From Octopus bimaculoides (lineage: Eukaryota): DNA of 33,704 nucleotides. Where the stretch lies: NCBI RefSeq assembly GCF_001194135.2, contig NC_069000.1, positions 34,634,982 through 34,668,685 on the forward strand, read 5' to 3'. Below, one piece after another: positions 1-10,308 of this stretch; position 1 is the stretch's first letter, and every line of letters begins with the position of its first letter. A program made the translations under genes and the position numbers. Under the pieces are notes generated by a model. That model was not told the DNA's origin and made no database searches. It saw only the letters and a list, made by a program, of their open reading frames with translations.

Positions 1-250
1 GTTGTTGCCTTGAGTAAGACACTTTATTTCACGTTGCTGCAGTCAGTCCACTCAGCTGGCAAAAACGAGTAGTACTTGTGATTGAAAGGGTTAGCCTTGT
101 CACATGCTGTGTTACAGTTAATTTCCCTGAGAACTACGTTAAGGTTACGCGTGTCTGTGGAGTTCTCAGTCATTTGCCCGTAAATTTCACGAGCAGGCTG
201 TTCTGTTGATTGGATCAACTGGAACACTCGTCGTCGTAACCGACGGAGTG
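1..250 (+). mobile_element. SINE family A, central-domain variant, 5'-truncated by the window edge
   Basis: Shares the 3' tail (ccttgtcaca...gagaactacgttaagg...ggaacactcgtcgtcgtaaccgacggagtg) with copies at 9052, 16485, 19753 and 28084. Confidence 0.9.
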
Positions 251-944
251 TTTGTGTGTGTTTGTGATATGGAGGGCTTTCGTACAATTTTTCTCTGTTT
301 ACCAAATCATTGGTTAACTCCCGACTACGATAGAAGGCACTGCTCCCTGTTGTGTGCACTGATTAAGAACCCAGCACCACGTGACTGTAAAATTAACTTC
401 TCAATCACCCGTCTGTCTGTCTGCCTCTCTCTCTCTCTCTGAAAAATATGTTAGGTTTTTCTTTGTGAAATGATATAATTGATTTAGCACCACGGTTGAT
501 TTAATGCTCAATTTGTTTCTGTTGTCTGATTATACGAGTGATTGATCGGTCGTCGATCGATTGAAAGATGGCCTGATCGGTTGATTGGTCGAATGTTTGT
601 TCCAATGAACGATGAGGAACAACGGGAGGGTTCATTTATTAATCCCGTTTCTTCCGGCTTAAGTTGCGGACAGAGAATTTGGAGTGAACAGGAGATATAC
701 CATTTAAATACGTCTGTCACAACCTCAAGCCTGAATTTACTAAGATTTTAACCAACGAAACAGCGATTAGTTTCACAGCGATCTCGCTCCTGGCGCCTGG
801 GGTATTTTTATACATCGCGTTAGCCTGTTTACGATCCAGTGGACTGAGCCACTCAACAAAAGTTATATGTCTTAATCGGTAGATAGAGTGCAATGTCTTT
901 CGATTAGTTAGCACAACTCTTGTCAACAACACAGCTAGTTGTAC

Positions 945-1262
945 CGCCTTTTGGCGCGCCGGACAAAATACATTGCGGCATTTTCCCCCGACTCTACGTT
1001 CTTAAGTTCAAATTCCTTTTTACTCTGGGCACAAGGCCCGAAATTTTGGGAGAGGGAGCCAGTCGATTAGATCGACTCCAATACGCAACTGGTACTTGAT
1101 TTGTCGACCCCGAAAGGATGAAAGGCAAAGTCGACCTCGGCGGAATTTGAACTCAGAATGTAAAGACAGATGAAACACCGCTAAGCATTTCAGCCGGCGT
1201 GCTGACGATTCTGCCAGATCGTCGCTTTCTTGAGTTCAAATCCCGCCGAGGTCGTCTTTTCC
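945..1262. mobile_element. SINE family C mosaic: + head fragment 945-1016, - copy 1017-1228, + fragment 1229-1262
   Basis: Motifs gtcgacctcggcggaatttgaactcagaa and tgagttcaaatcccgccgaggtcg recur in both orientations across the window. Confidence 0.8.
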
Positions 1263-2326
1263 TGTTTGCATAATTAAACACACACATTTATAATCCTTTC
1301 TATTTTTAGTACAAGTCCAACAATTCTAACGGAAGGCGGGAAGTCGGGAAGTCGATGACGTTTTAAACTCCCACATATTGCTGTGTGAAATAAGTGTATT
1401 CTTCGACTAAATAAAAATTTTTTTTTTTATTAAAAATAACTTTCGTAATGCCTTATTTTNNNNNNNNNNNNNNNNNNNNNNNNNNNNNNNNNNNNNNNNN
1501 NNNNNNNNNNNNNNNNNNNNNNNNNNNNNNNNNNNNNNNNNNNNNNNNNNNNNNNNNNNNNNNNNNNNNNNNNNNNNNNNNNNNNNNNNNNNNNNNNNNN
1601 NNNNNNNNNNNNNNNNNNNNNNNNNNNNNNNNNNNNNNNNNNNNNNNNNNNNNNNNNNNNNNNNNNNNNNNNNNNNNNNNNNNNNNNNNNNNNNNNNNNN
1701 NNNNNNNNNNNNNNNNNNNNNNNNNNNNNNNNNNNNNNNNNNNNNNNNNNNNNNNNNNNNNNNNNNNNNNNNNNNNNNNNNNNNNNNNNNNNNNNNNNNN
1801 NNNNNNNNNNNNNNNNNNNNNNNNNNNNNNNNNNNNNNNNNNNNNNNNNNNNNNNNNNNNNNNNNNNNNNNNNNNNNNNNNNNNNNNNNNNNNNNNNNNN
1901 NNNNNNNNNNNNNNNNNNNNNNNNNNNNNNNNNNNNNNNNNNNNNNNNNNNNNNNNNNNNNNNNNNNNNNNNNNNNNNNNNNNNNNNNNNNNNNNNNNNN
2001 NNNNNNNNNNNNNNNNNNNNNNNNNNNNNNNNNNNNNNNNNNNNNNNNNNNNNNNNNNNNNNNNNNNNNNNNNNNNNNNNNNNNNNNNNNNNNNNNNNNN
2101 NNNNNNNNNNNNNNNNNNNNNNNNNNNNNNNNNNNNNNNNNNNNNNNNNNNNNNNNNNNNNNNNNNNNNNNNNNNNNNNNNNNNNNNNNNNNNNNNNNNN
2201 NNNNNNNNNNNNNNNNNNNNNNNNNNNNNNNNNNNNNNNNNNNNNNNNNNNNNNNNNNNNNNNNNNNNNNNNNNNNNNNNNNNNNNNNNNNNNNNNNNNN
2301 NNNNNNNNNNNNNNNNNNNNNNNNNA

Positions 2327-2692
2327 GGTCGACTTTGCCATTCATCCTTTCGGATTCGATAAATTAAGTGCCCGTGAAACACTGGGGTCGATGTAATCGA
2401 CTGGCCCCCCTCCCCTCAAATTTCAGGCTTTGTGGCTTTAGTAGCAAGGATTGTTATTATTATTATCAAGGCAAACGAACTGGCAGAATCGTTAGCACGC
2501 CGAGCAAAATGCTTAGTGGCATTTCGTCCGTAGTTACGCTCTGAGTTCAACTTCCGCCGGGGTTGACTTTGCCTTTCATCCTTTCGGGGTCGATAAACTA
2601 AGTGCCAGTTACGCACTGAGGTCGATGTTATCGACTCATCCCCTCCCCCAAAATTTCAGGCCTTGTGCCTATAGTAGAATGGATTATTATTG
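2327..2692 (+). mobile_element. Two head-to-tail SINE family C copies (2327-2465 partial, 2466-2692 near full length) with (ATT)n tails
   Basis: tRNA-like head (ggcagaatcgttagcacgcc...tgagttcaacttcc), shared body gactttgcctttcatcctttcggggtcgataaa, and tail ggattattatt. Confidence 0.9.
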
Positions 2693-2874
2693 AGTAAATT
2701 TTCAGATTAACACCCGCACGATTTTCACTAGGGTTTTAGGGTTACGGTTAGGGTTAGGGAATTCCATCCTTAACCCTAGCCGTAACCCTAACCCTAAAAC
2801 TCTAACCATAACCCTAAAACCCTAGCCCTAACACCCTAGTGAAAATCGTGCGGGTGTTAATCTGAAAATTTACC
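2693..2874. mobile_element. Merlin-like palindromic MITE with internal inverted telomere-like arrays, copy 1
   Basis: 41-bp TIR (A/G)GTAAATTTTCAGATTAACACCCGCACGATTTTCACTAGGG with 1 terminal mismatch. Exact 8-bp TSD tattattg (2685-2692 and 2875-2882). GGTAA end plus 8-bp TSD fits the Merlin/IS1016 superfamily, an inference since no transposase is present. Confidence 0.85.
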
Positions 2875-2959
2875 TATTATTGTTCTCATTTTATGTGTCG
2901 TAACAGATTTTATTTATCGTTCATACAATTTGTGAACATCAGTTGTCGTTTGGTTATAG

Positions 2960-3029
2960 ACTTCGAACGAGTCATTCATTAGTTCACGGCGTTTCTGATG
3001 ACAAGGCGGAGTGGAACAAATACCAGAGG
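2960..3029 (+). other. Candidate internal exon (LRTSHSLVHGVSDDKAEWNKYQR), unidentified
   Basis: gtcgtttggttatag acceptor, 70-nt stop-free frame and AGG|gtatac donor in non-repeat sequence. Peptide not recognised. Confidence 0.2.
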
Positions 3030-3149
3030 GTATACTTCATGTCTTCGCACCGGGTGCATTTGGATTTTCTGATTGGTGTGTCTCCTCTATATTATGTGTT
3101 CATCTTATTTTGACAAATAGGTGAAGGCATGATTGTGTGGTACATGATA

Positions 3150-3715
3150 GTCGTATTTTGTCCGATAATAAGTGAGACCTGGACGTTATTATTTCAAGCT
3201 ATAGGAGTCGGTTACCTGTTTTCCATGGCCTATAAGTAACCGAGATCTTAAAATAGCTCCTGAATGGGACGCTAGTCCATTGCAGAGTTACTTATTTACA
3301 GACGAGAAAACAGGAGGTACATGAAATTGAGTGTTTTGCTGAAGGACACTCCGGTCCCGGAGGAGAAACGTCGATCTTGTGACCGTGAGTGCAACACCCT
3401 AACGCAGTAGTTCCCAAAGTGAGCGGTACTATCCCCCCCCCCATCCTACCCTGGGGGCAGTGCGTATTGCTCAAAAATAGGGATTTGAAGAAAAGTCGAT
3501 GTAATGGGGTAGCCAAAAAGGGGCGATGGATGTAAAATAACAGAAAAATAATGGATTGATTAGGGTTAGGCTTTATTTGTCAAATACAGTTCTTTTGAAT
3601 TTGCTGCAGAAAGTGGTCTACATTTGTGGTGGCGGGTGGGAGTAGGGCACTAGGAATGTGGCCGGCTACCCGAAAAAGTTTGGGAGCCACCACCCTAATT
3701 ACTTAGGCCACGAGC
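3150..3715 (-). mobile_element. SINE family D copy split by a hAT-like MITE
   Basis: tgaaattgagtgttttgctgaaggacac...gtgagtgcaacaccctaac | ccctaattacttaggccacg matches the uninterrupted copy at 26400-26607. Confidence 0.75.
3405..3692. mobile_element. hAT/Charlie-like MITE family 1 (CAGTRGTTCCCAAAGTG termini)
   Basis: Starts cagtagttcccaaagtg and ends aaaagtttgggagccacca. Degenerate 8-bp TSD ccctaacg/ccctaatt. Internal blocks match 32531-32999. Confidence 0.75.
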
Positions 3716-4017
3716 GTCTTTCATATTTAGTCGAATAGACATACCAAAAATGACGAACGATAACAGAAGTACCAATAGCATTATCGAAGGTTGTTTTTAA
3801 AACAGTTGTGTTGGGAAAATCAAGTGATGATGGTTGAGCCCCCCCCCCTCCCGTGATAAAGAGTTTTAAAAAAATCTGGCCTTGGTTCGGTCTCATCAAA
3901 TTCTTAATTATAATCCATTTGACAGATTGTCACGTATATTCTACGTACCTCCAATAGGGGGCACTCTATTTAATGGAGCTTCGTTAACTCTCTTCACGTC
4001 TTAATTCTATTTTTGTT

Positions 4018-4330
<313 letters not shown>

Positions 4331-4502
4331 TTATAGATTTTTTATTTTTTTTAAATGTCATGATGTCTAAGTAATCGGATAGTTTAGCGAATTCAGATTT
4401 TTGCATGAATTACTCGAGTATGTATTTTATGGCTGGCTGCCGTCGCGAAAATGTCATTGAACTTGCGGCGACAGATGACAAGACGTACATGATATATTTC
4501 AG

Positions 4503-4579
4503 CTGCTGCGTAAACCGAGGAGACAGCGTATGTGGATGTGTACGTGCGTGTGTTGTAAACTTTGAAGTGGAGCCAAAAG
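4503..4579 (+). other. Candidate internal exon (CCVNRGDSVCGCVRACVVNFEVEPK), unidentified
   Basis: atatttcag acceptor and strong AAAAG|GTAAGA donor. 77 nt with only one of three frames stop-free. Peptide not recognised. Confidence 0.2.
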
Positions 4580-4758
4580 GTAAGACATTTGGCGGAATAG
4601 CATTAGAAATTAGACACGCCCGTGACTTGCTTTCTGTTCCCAGTTCTTGCCGTGTACCATCTCTTCTGTTACATCATTCATATCCATTCAAAAGGTATGA
4701 ACATCACAACCTTACACCTCCAATCCATCAAAAAAGCCTTTAATTATTCTTCTATTCA

Positions 4759-5174
4759 TTTACTTGTTTCAGTCATTTATTTGACTGCGGCCATGATGGA
4801 GCACCGCCTTAAAGGGTTTTTTTTTAGTCGAAGATATCGGCCCCAGGACTTATTCTTTGTAAGCCTAGTACTTATACTATAGGTCTCTTTCGCTGATCCG
4901 CTAAGTTACTGGGACGTAAACACCCCAACATCGGTTGTCAAGCGGTGGTGGTGGTGGTGGGGGAGACACACAGATACAAAGACACTCACATCAATATATA
5001 CATATATATACGACGGGCTTCTTTCAGTTTCCGTCTACCAAATCCACTTACAAGCCTTTGGTCTGCCCGAGGCTATAGTAGACGACACTTGCCCAAGGTG
5101 CCACATAGTGGGACTGAACCTGGAACCATGTGATTGGGATGCAAGCTTCTTACCACACAGCCACGCCTGCGCCT
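4759..5174 (-). mobile_element. SINE family B, near full length, with central (CA)/(TA) microsatellite
   Basis: Reverse-complement head aggcgcaggcgtggctgtgtggtaag with A-box and B-box-like ggttcagtccc. Body gactgcggccatg...gaccccaggacttattc repeated more than 8 times in the window. Confidence 0.92.
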
Positions 5175-5290
5175 ATAAAAAATTTATCTGTCATCCATTT
5201 TATTGGTATTTCGCATCAACCAGCTTGGTTGGGACTTGCCGTATTCCGTAGCATAAAAGACGCACCTTGATTTCAGCAACACATCTTTTG

Positions 5291-5500
5291 TTTGTTTCAA
5301 TCATTGGACTGAGGCCATGCTGCAGCACCACTTTGAACGGTTTTAGTCAAACAGATCGCCCCCAGTACTTAAATCTAGTACATATTCTTGATCCTTATTC
5401 TATCGGTCTGTTTTGACGCATCACTAGATCACGGAGACGTAAACAGACTAATTACTGGTTGTCTATAACAAACACAAAGACACACACACACACATACATA
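5291..5500 (-). mobile_element. SINE family B, 3' half
   Basis: tcattggactgaggccatgctgcagcacc...ctatcggtctgttttg matches the family B body. Confidence 0.8.
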
Positions 5501-6159
5501 TAAGAACTTTAGTATATTAAAACTTTTAGAAGGCACGACTTCGCATATAGCGGGTGATTTTTATCGAGACATTTTCATCAGAAAAATATGCGTGTTATAT
5601 ATATATATACATACATACATTATATATATATATATATATNNNNNNNNNNNNNNNNNNNNNNNNNNNNNNNNNNNNNNNNNNNNNNNNNNNNNNNNNNNNN
5701 NNNNNNNNNNNNNNNNNNNNNNNNNNNNNNNNNNNNNNNNNNNNNNNNNNNNNNNNNNNNNNNNNNNNNNNNNNNNNNNNNNNNNNNNNNNNNNNNNNNN
5801 NNNNNNNNNNNNNNNNNNNNNNNNNNNNNNNNNNNNNNNNNNNNNNNNNNNNNNNNNNNNNNNNNNNNNNNNNNNNNNNNNNNNNNNNNNNNNNNNNNNN
5901 NNNNNNNNNNNNNNNNNNNNNGAATAATACGGTAACATGTTTTGTTTCCGTAACATGAAATGGATGTGAGTCAACATTCCTCGCAGGTAATTCGCTCATG
6001 AGATGGTTTGGAACACACGATGATTTTTTTTTTTTTTTTACAAAATTATTACTGATGACTACGATGGTGAAATGGTTATGTAGTACCTCATCATAGATAG
6101 GTGACGTGTTGTTTTTAGCCATGTTTTTGGCACCAGCCATTTAAAAAAAAATGTATTTA

Positions 6160-6565
6160 CGCAGACATTGCTGTGTGGTTAAGAAGCTCATTTTGCGACC
6201 ACGTATTTTTAGGCTCAATCTCACTGTGCGGCACCTTTTGCCATAGCCCTGGGACGGCTAATTCCTTTTAACTGAATTTGGTATAAAGAAACTTTGTGGA
6301 AGCCCGTCTTATATATATGTGTGTGTAATTACGATATATATATATATATATATGTATCTATGTCTTTGTGGTTGTTCCTCCTCCCCTGTGTGACAGCCGG
6401 CGTTTGTTTACAGCCCCGTAACTTAGCAGTTCGGTAAGCGTGGTTAATAGAATATCAAACTTCAAAAAAAATGTACTTGGGTCGGTTTGTTCAATTAAAT
6501 ATTTCCAAGCGGTATCCCAGCATGGCTGCAGTCCAATGACTGAAACAAGTGAAAGATAAAAGATA
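6160..6565 (+). mobile_element. SINE family B, diverged
   Basis: gctgtgtggttaagaag head and ccagcatggctgcagtccaatgactgaaacaag tail. Confidence 0.8.
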
Positions 6566-6876
6566 TTTGGCAAACTGGACGCACAGATACATTGAATTCC
6601 AATGTACAGGAGTTATCGTAACAATTTGACATTTTTCATTCTACTTCGCGATCTCATTCACTGCTCATAAGTTCAAAATACTCTCTAAAAATATAAATAA
6701 ATAAAAGGTGAGGAATGAACACGAGAACAACTGAATTGAAAACTCTTAACTGTATTATTATTCAGGTTGTACTTTCTGAATATACTTGACCCGCTAGAAA
6801 TAAGGGCCAAGTTTCCCTTAAATAACTCGAATCATATTCTGCGCTTTTACAAGAGGATTCGTTCGGCTTTGTAGTG

Positions 6877-6979
6877 TAGACACGAGCAACCTTTTTTGAG
6901 AAGCGGGTCACATGAGACACGGCTCATCGTTAGGCGTGCCATTCAGAAAATCCAGCGGGCCGCAGTTTACCCATGACTG
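6877..6979. mobile_element. Small hAT-like MITE family 2 (CAGGCATGGGCAAC-type ends)
   Basis: gagcaaccttttttgagaagcggg ... gcgggccgcagtttacccatgactg. Related to 9962-10050, 13300-13375 and 28623-28770. TSD not resolved. Confidence 0.6.
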
Positions 6980-7600
6980 CTGAGGTCACGATTTGGACAT
7001 CTTTTGATCATAGGATTTGCTCGATTATTACTAGCCTGAGGTCAGAAACCGTGACCACTACCATCAACACAACACGCAAACCTGTAACGTGGTCGTCTGT
7101 CAGACCTAGGGGGTGGGGGGGAAGCAACTTAACTTCCCTTACATTACGACCGTACCTTCCAAAAATAACAAAAATGAAACAGGAAGTGCACATTGTGTAA
7201 TATCGGCAGGGAGACTTTATATCCTAAGCAAAGCGAAAAGAAACAAAATGACGGTATGATAGTTTAGAACGCTTTTGATCATAAGCCTGCCTATCTGTTG
7301 TTCTACGAAGGCTGACGAAGGATTAAACCACAGCACTTCTTACTGCAATTTCTCTATTATTTATAAACACATTAAATATAATGGCAGTTAAAACATGCGG
7401 CATTTATTTACGAGCGTGACATTAATCTTGCCGTTTCAGTTGTACTTACTCCATATGTCAATGTTAAAGTACAAAGTCTCACTCACACACACCACACACC
7501 CTTGTGTGTCATAGTATACATGTATATTATATTTATGCATGTGTGTGTATATGTGTTGTGAATATTTAGTTGCATGCATGTATGTCTTTTATTGTATGCG

Positions 7601-7829
7601 TGTTTTAGTCATTGGACTGTGGCCATGCTGGATCACCGCCTTGAGGGGTTTTAATCGGAAAAAATCGATCCCAGTACCTATTGTTTCTTAGTCTGGTACT
7701 TATGCTGTCGGTATCTTTTTACCGAAGCGCTAAGTTATCGGACGTCGTCAACAAACCAACACCAGCTGTCAAGTGTTGGGAGTATGTGACGTAGAGACAC
7801 CACTCCGTCCCGTATATATATATATATAT
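7601..7829 (-). mobile_element. SINE family B 3' half running into (TA)n and a gap
   Basis: gtcattggactgtggccatgctggatcaccgcc matches the family B body. Confidence 0.85.
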
Positions 7830-8514
7830 NNNNNNNNNNNNNNNNNNNNNNNNNNNNNNNNNNNNNNNNNNNNNNNNNNNNNNNNNNNNNNNNNNNNNNN
7901 NNNNNNNNNNNNNNNNNNNNNNNNNNNNNNNNNNNNNNNNNNNNNNNNNNNNNNNNNNNNNNNNNNNNNNNNNNNNNNNNNNNNNNNNNNNNNNNNNNNN
8001 NNNNNNNNNNNNNNNNNNNNNNNNNNNNNNNNNNNNNNNNNNNNNNNNNNNNNNNNNNNNNNNNNNNNNNNNNNNNNNNNNNNNNNNNNNNNNNNNNNNN
8101 NNNNNNNNNNNNNNNNNNNNNNNNNNNNNNNNNNNNNNNNNNNNNNNNNNNNNNNNNNNNNNNNNNNNNNNNNNNNNNNNNNNNNNNNNNNNNNNNNNNN
8201 NNNNNNNNNNNNNNNNNNNNNNNNNNNNNNNNNNNNNNNNNNNNNNNNNNNNNNNNNNNNNNNNNNNNNNNNNNNNNNNNNNNNNNNNNNNNNNNNNNNN
8301 NNNNNNNNNNNNNNNNNNNNNNNNNNNNNNNNNNNNNNNNNNNNNNNNNNNNNNNNNNNNNNNNNNNNNNNNNNNNNNNNNNNNNNNNNNNNNNNNNNNN
8401 NNNNNNNNNNNNNNNNNNNNNNNNNNNNNNNNNNNNNNNNNNNNNNNNNNNNNNNNNNNNNNNNNNNNNNNNNNNNTATATAAAATGTATATATATTTGT
8501 GTGTATGGTATCCC

Positions 8515-8715
8515 CAAAGAAAAAAGACAGCCGAATCTCTTTCAAATCACATCCTTACAGTCTTAAAAATGGTTTTATAAAAAAGGGGTGGGGACACATT
8601 TGCGTAATGATGTACTGAATTCCCCTGCACACACGGTGGGGTGGGGGAGTCACTGCTGGAATGTTTATGATCCTAGGTCTGTCTGCTCGATCAGCACTAA
8701 CCTAGCAACAACTAC
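8515..8715. repeat. Interspersed repeat family E (gctagaaatagcagccaaatct ... ctggaatgcctttgatcatagg)
   Basis: Same motifs occur at about 7255-7330, 13090-13220, 27300-27520, 28050-28560, 31915-32530 and 33055-33260. Class undetermined. Confidence 0.6.
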
Positions 8716-9051
8716 AACAGTAACAATTATAGTTACGGAGACAATAAGCGAAAAAAAATAAAAAACAATATAGAGTGCCAAGGACAAGTATTAAGTTTTT
8801 CTTAATGTATGGTGTAAGCAAGCAGTAGTGACAATGAATTTGCTGTTCAAAAGAAATAACAGCACTTCATAATTGTCTTTTAATATGTTAATAGTTGGTA
8901 GCGTTCACAATTACGAAACTAATTAAATTTGGTAATAAAGTTTCGTGTTTTATGGCTGACATTTTATGTTTCGTATGTCTTGCATTTTACTCCCTTCCTC
9001 CGCTACTTTAGTGTTTGTCACCTCTCTCTCTCTATTTATCTCTCTCTTTCT

Positions 9052-9407
9052 GTCGGTTACGATGACGAGGGTTCCAGTTGATCCAATCAACGGAACAGCC
9101 TGCTCATGAAATTAACGTGCAAGTGGCTGAGCACTCCACAGACACGTGTACCCTTAACGTAGTTCTCGGGGAGATTCAACATGATACAGAGTGTGACAAG
9201 GCTGGCCCTTTGAAATACAAGTACAACAGAAACAGGAAGAAAGAATGAGAGAAAGTCGTGGTGAAAGTGTACAGGAGGGTTAGCCACCACTTTCTGCCGG
9301 AGCCTCGTGGAGCTTTAGGTGTTTTCGCTCAATAAACACTCACAACGCCCGGTCTGGGAATCGAAACCGTGAGTCCGCTTCCCTAACCACTGTGTCATTG
9401 CTCCTCC
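9052..9407 (-). mobile_element. SINE family A, full length
   Basis: Reverse complement of the 28084-28452 copy, including the tRNA-like head. Confidence 0.93.
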
Positions 9408-9409
9408 AC

Positions 9410-9890
9410 ATGTATATCTAGTACATGTGTGGGAAATTCTGTCTGTGGGTGTGTTTGCGGAGTTGTTAGTTAAATTCTCCTACATCGTTTTATCGACTTT
9501 GATGAAACTTGACACGCGAGTAGAACTCATGTCTGGAAACCTCATGGCATACTCAGATATTTGAAAAGAAATCGATAATAGGGCCCCTAGAAGGGATCCT
9601 TATCAATTTCATTTTAACAGTCAAGGGAAATAACCCATTCGTTCCGATTTTAAACAGCCAAGGGAAATAACCCATTCATTTTCCTGAATCATTTGGTATA
9701 AATTAAATTGAGTATGCTTATTTCTTAGTATTTGAATTGTTAGTTATTTTTGCAATTTATCCAGTACAACGCTTAAACAAGTAAATAGTATTTTCCTCAA
9801 CAATAGATCCACTTATTTCGGTTGGTGACTTATTCACGAATATACCAACACTAGCGCCGCTGGGGTAATATTCTCTGGGAACGCACAGCC
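9410..9890. mobile_element. Possible Helentron-associated (HINE/DINE-1-like) non-autonomous element remnant
   Basis: tgtctgtgggtgtgtttg followed by ttatcgactttgatgaaacttgacacg resembles HINE core motifs (recall). Contains an internal 30-bp direct repeat at 9611-9640 and 9647-9677. Confidence 0.3.
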
Positions 9891-9961
9891 ACTCCTACGT
9901 CTTTTTTTTCATTTTTTTTACATTGTACTTTCCCTAACCCTCCTATCTTTGAGCCTACTTT

Positions 9962-10050
9962 TTTTGGTCCACCGTTTTTGGAGACGCGGGCCACACAAAC
10001 AATTTCAAGGTAAATTTTTCGCTAGGCTGGCCGCAGGTTGCCCATGACTA
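9962..10050. mobile_element. hAT-like MITE family 2, diverged
   Basis: tttttggagacgcgggccaca ... ggccgcaggttgcccatgacta. Confidence 0.5.
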
Positions 10051-10260
10051 CTCTCTATTACACCCCACCTCCATCTCAATGTTAGACTGTTTATCTCTAT
10101 CAATGTATGGTAGTTTTCTTCTCTCTTCGTCTTCGAATTTCTCATAAATATCTCTTCCTCTCTCTCCCTTTCTGTCTCCCTCTCTCAATATTTCTTTCTT
10201 TCTTTCCGTTTCATTTCTATTTCCGAGACTTCTTTGCCAAGTTGTTTGCCACTTTACCTT

Positions 10261-10308
10261 TCACAGTATGTTTCTTTTCACAGTATGTTTCTTTTCACAG
10301 TATGTTTC
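10261..10308. repeat. 17-bp tandem repeat, 2.8 copies (tcacagtatgtttcttt)
   Basis: Exact units at 10261 and 10278, partial unit at 10295. Confidence 0.95.

Noticed and set aside
24-442. ORFs 24-359 and 206-442, with similar peptides at 9087, 19752 and 27902
   Set aside because: The apparent paralogy comes from SINE family A copies, not a gene family.
2720-2840. TTAGGG/CCCTAA arrays as a true telomere or chromosome fusion site
   Set aside because: Enclosed by TIRs and exact 8-bp TSDs and present twice, so they are transposon-internal.
6052-6100. CTGATGA-ctacgatggt-GAAA as a hammerhead ribozyme core
   Set aside because: Stem II lacks the closing pair and no stem I can be formed next to a valid NUH site.
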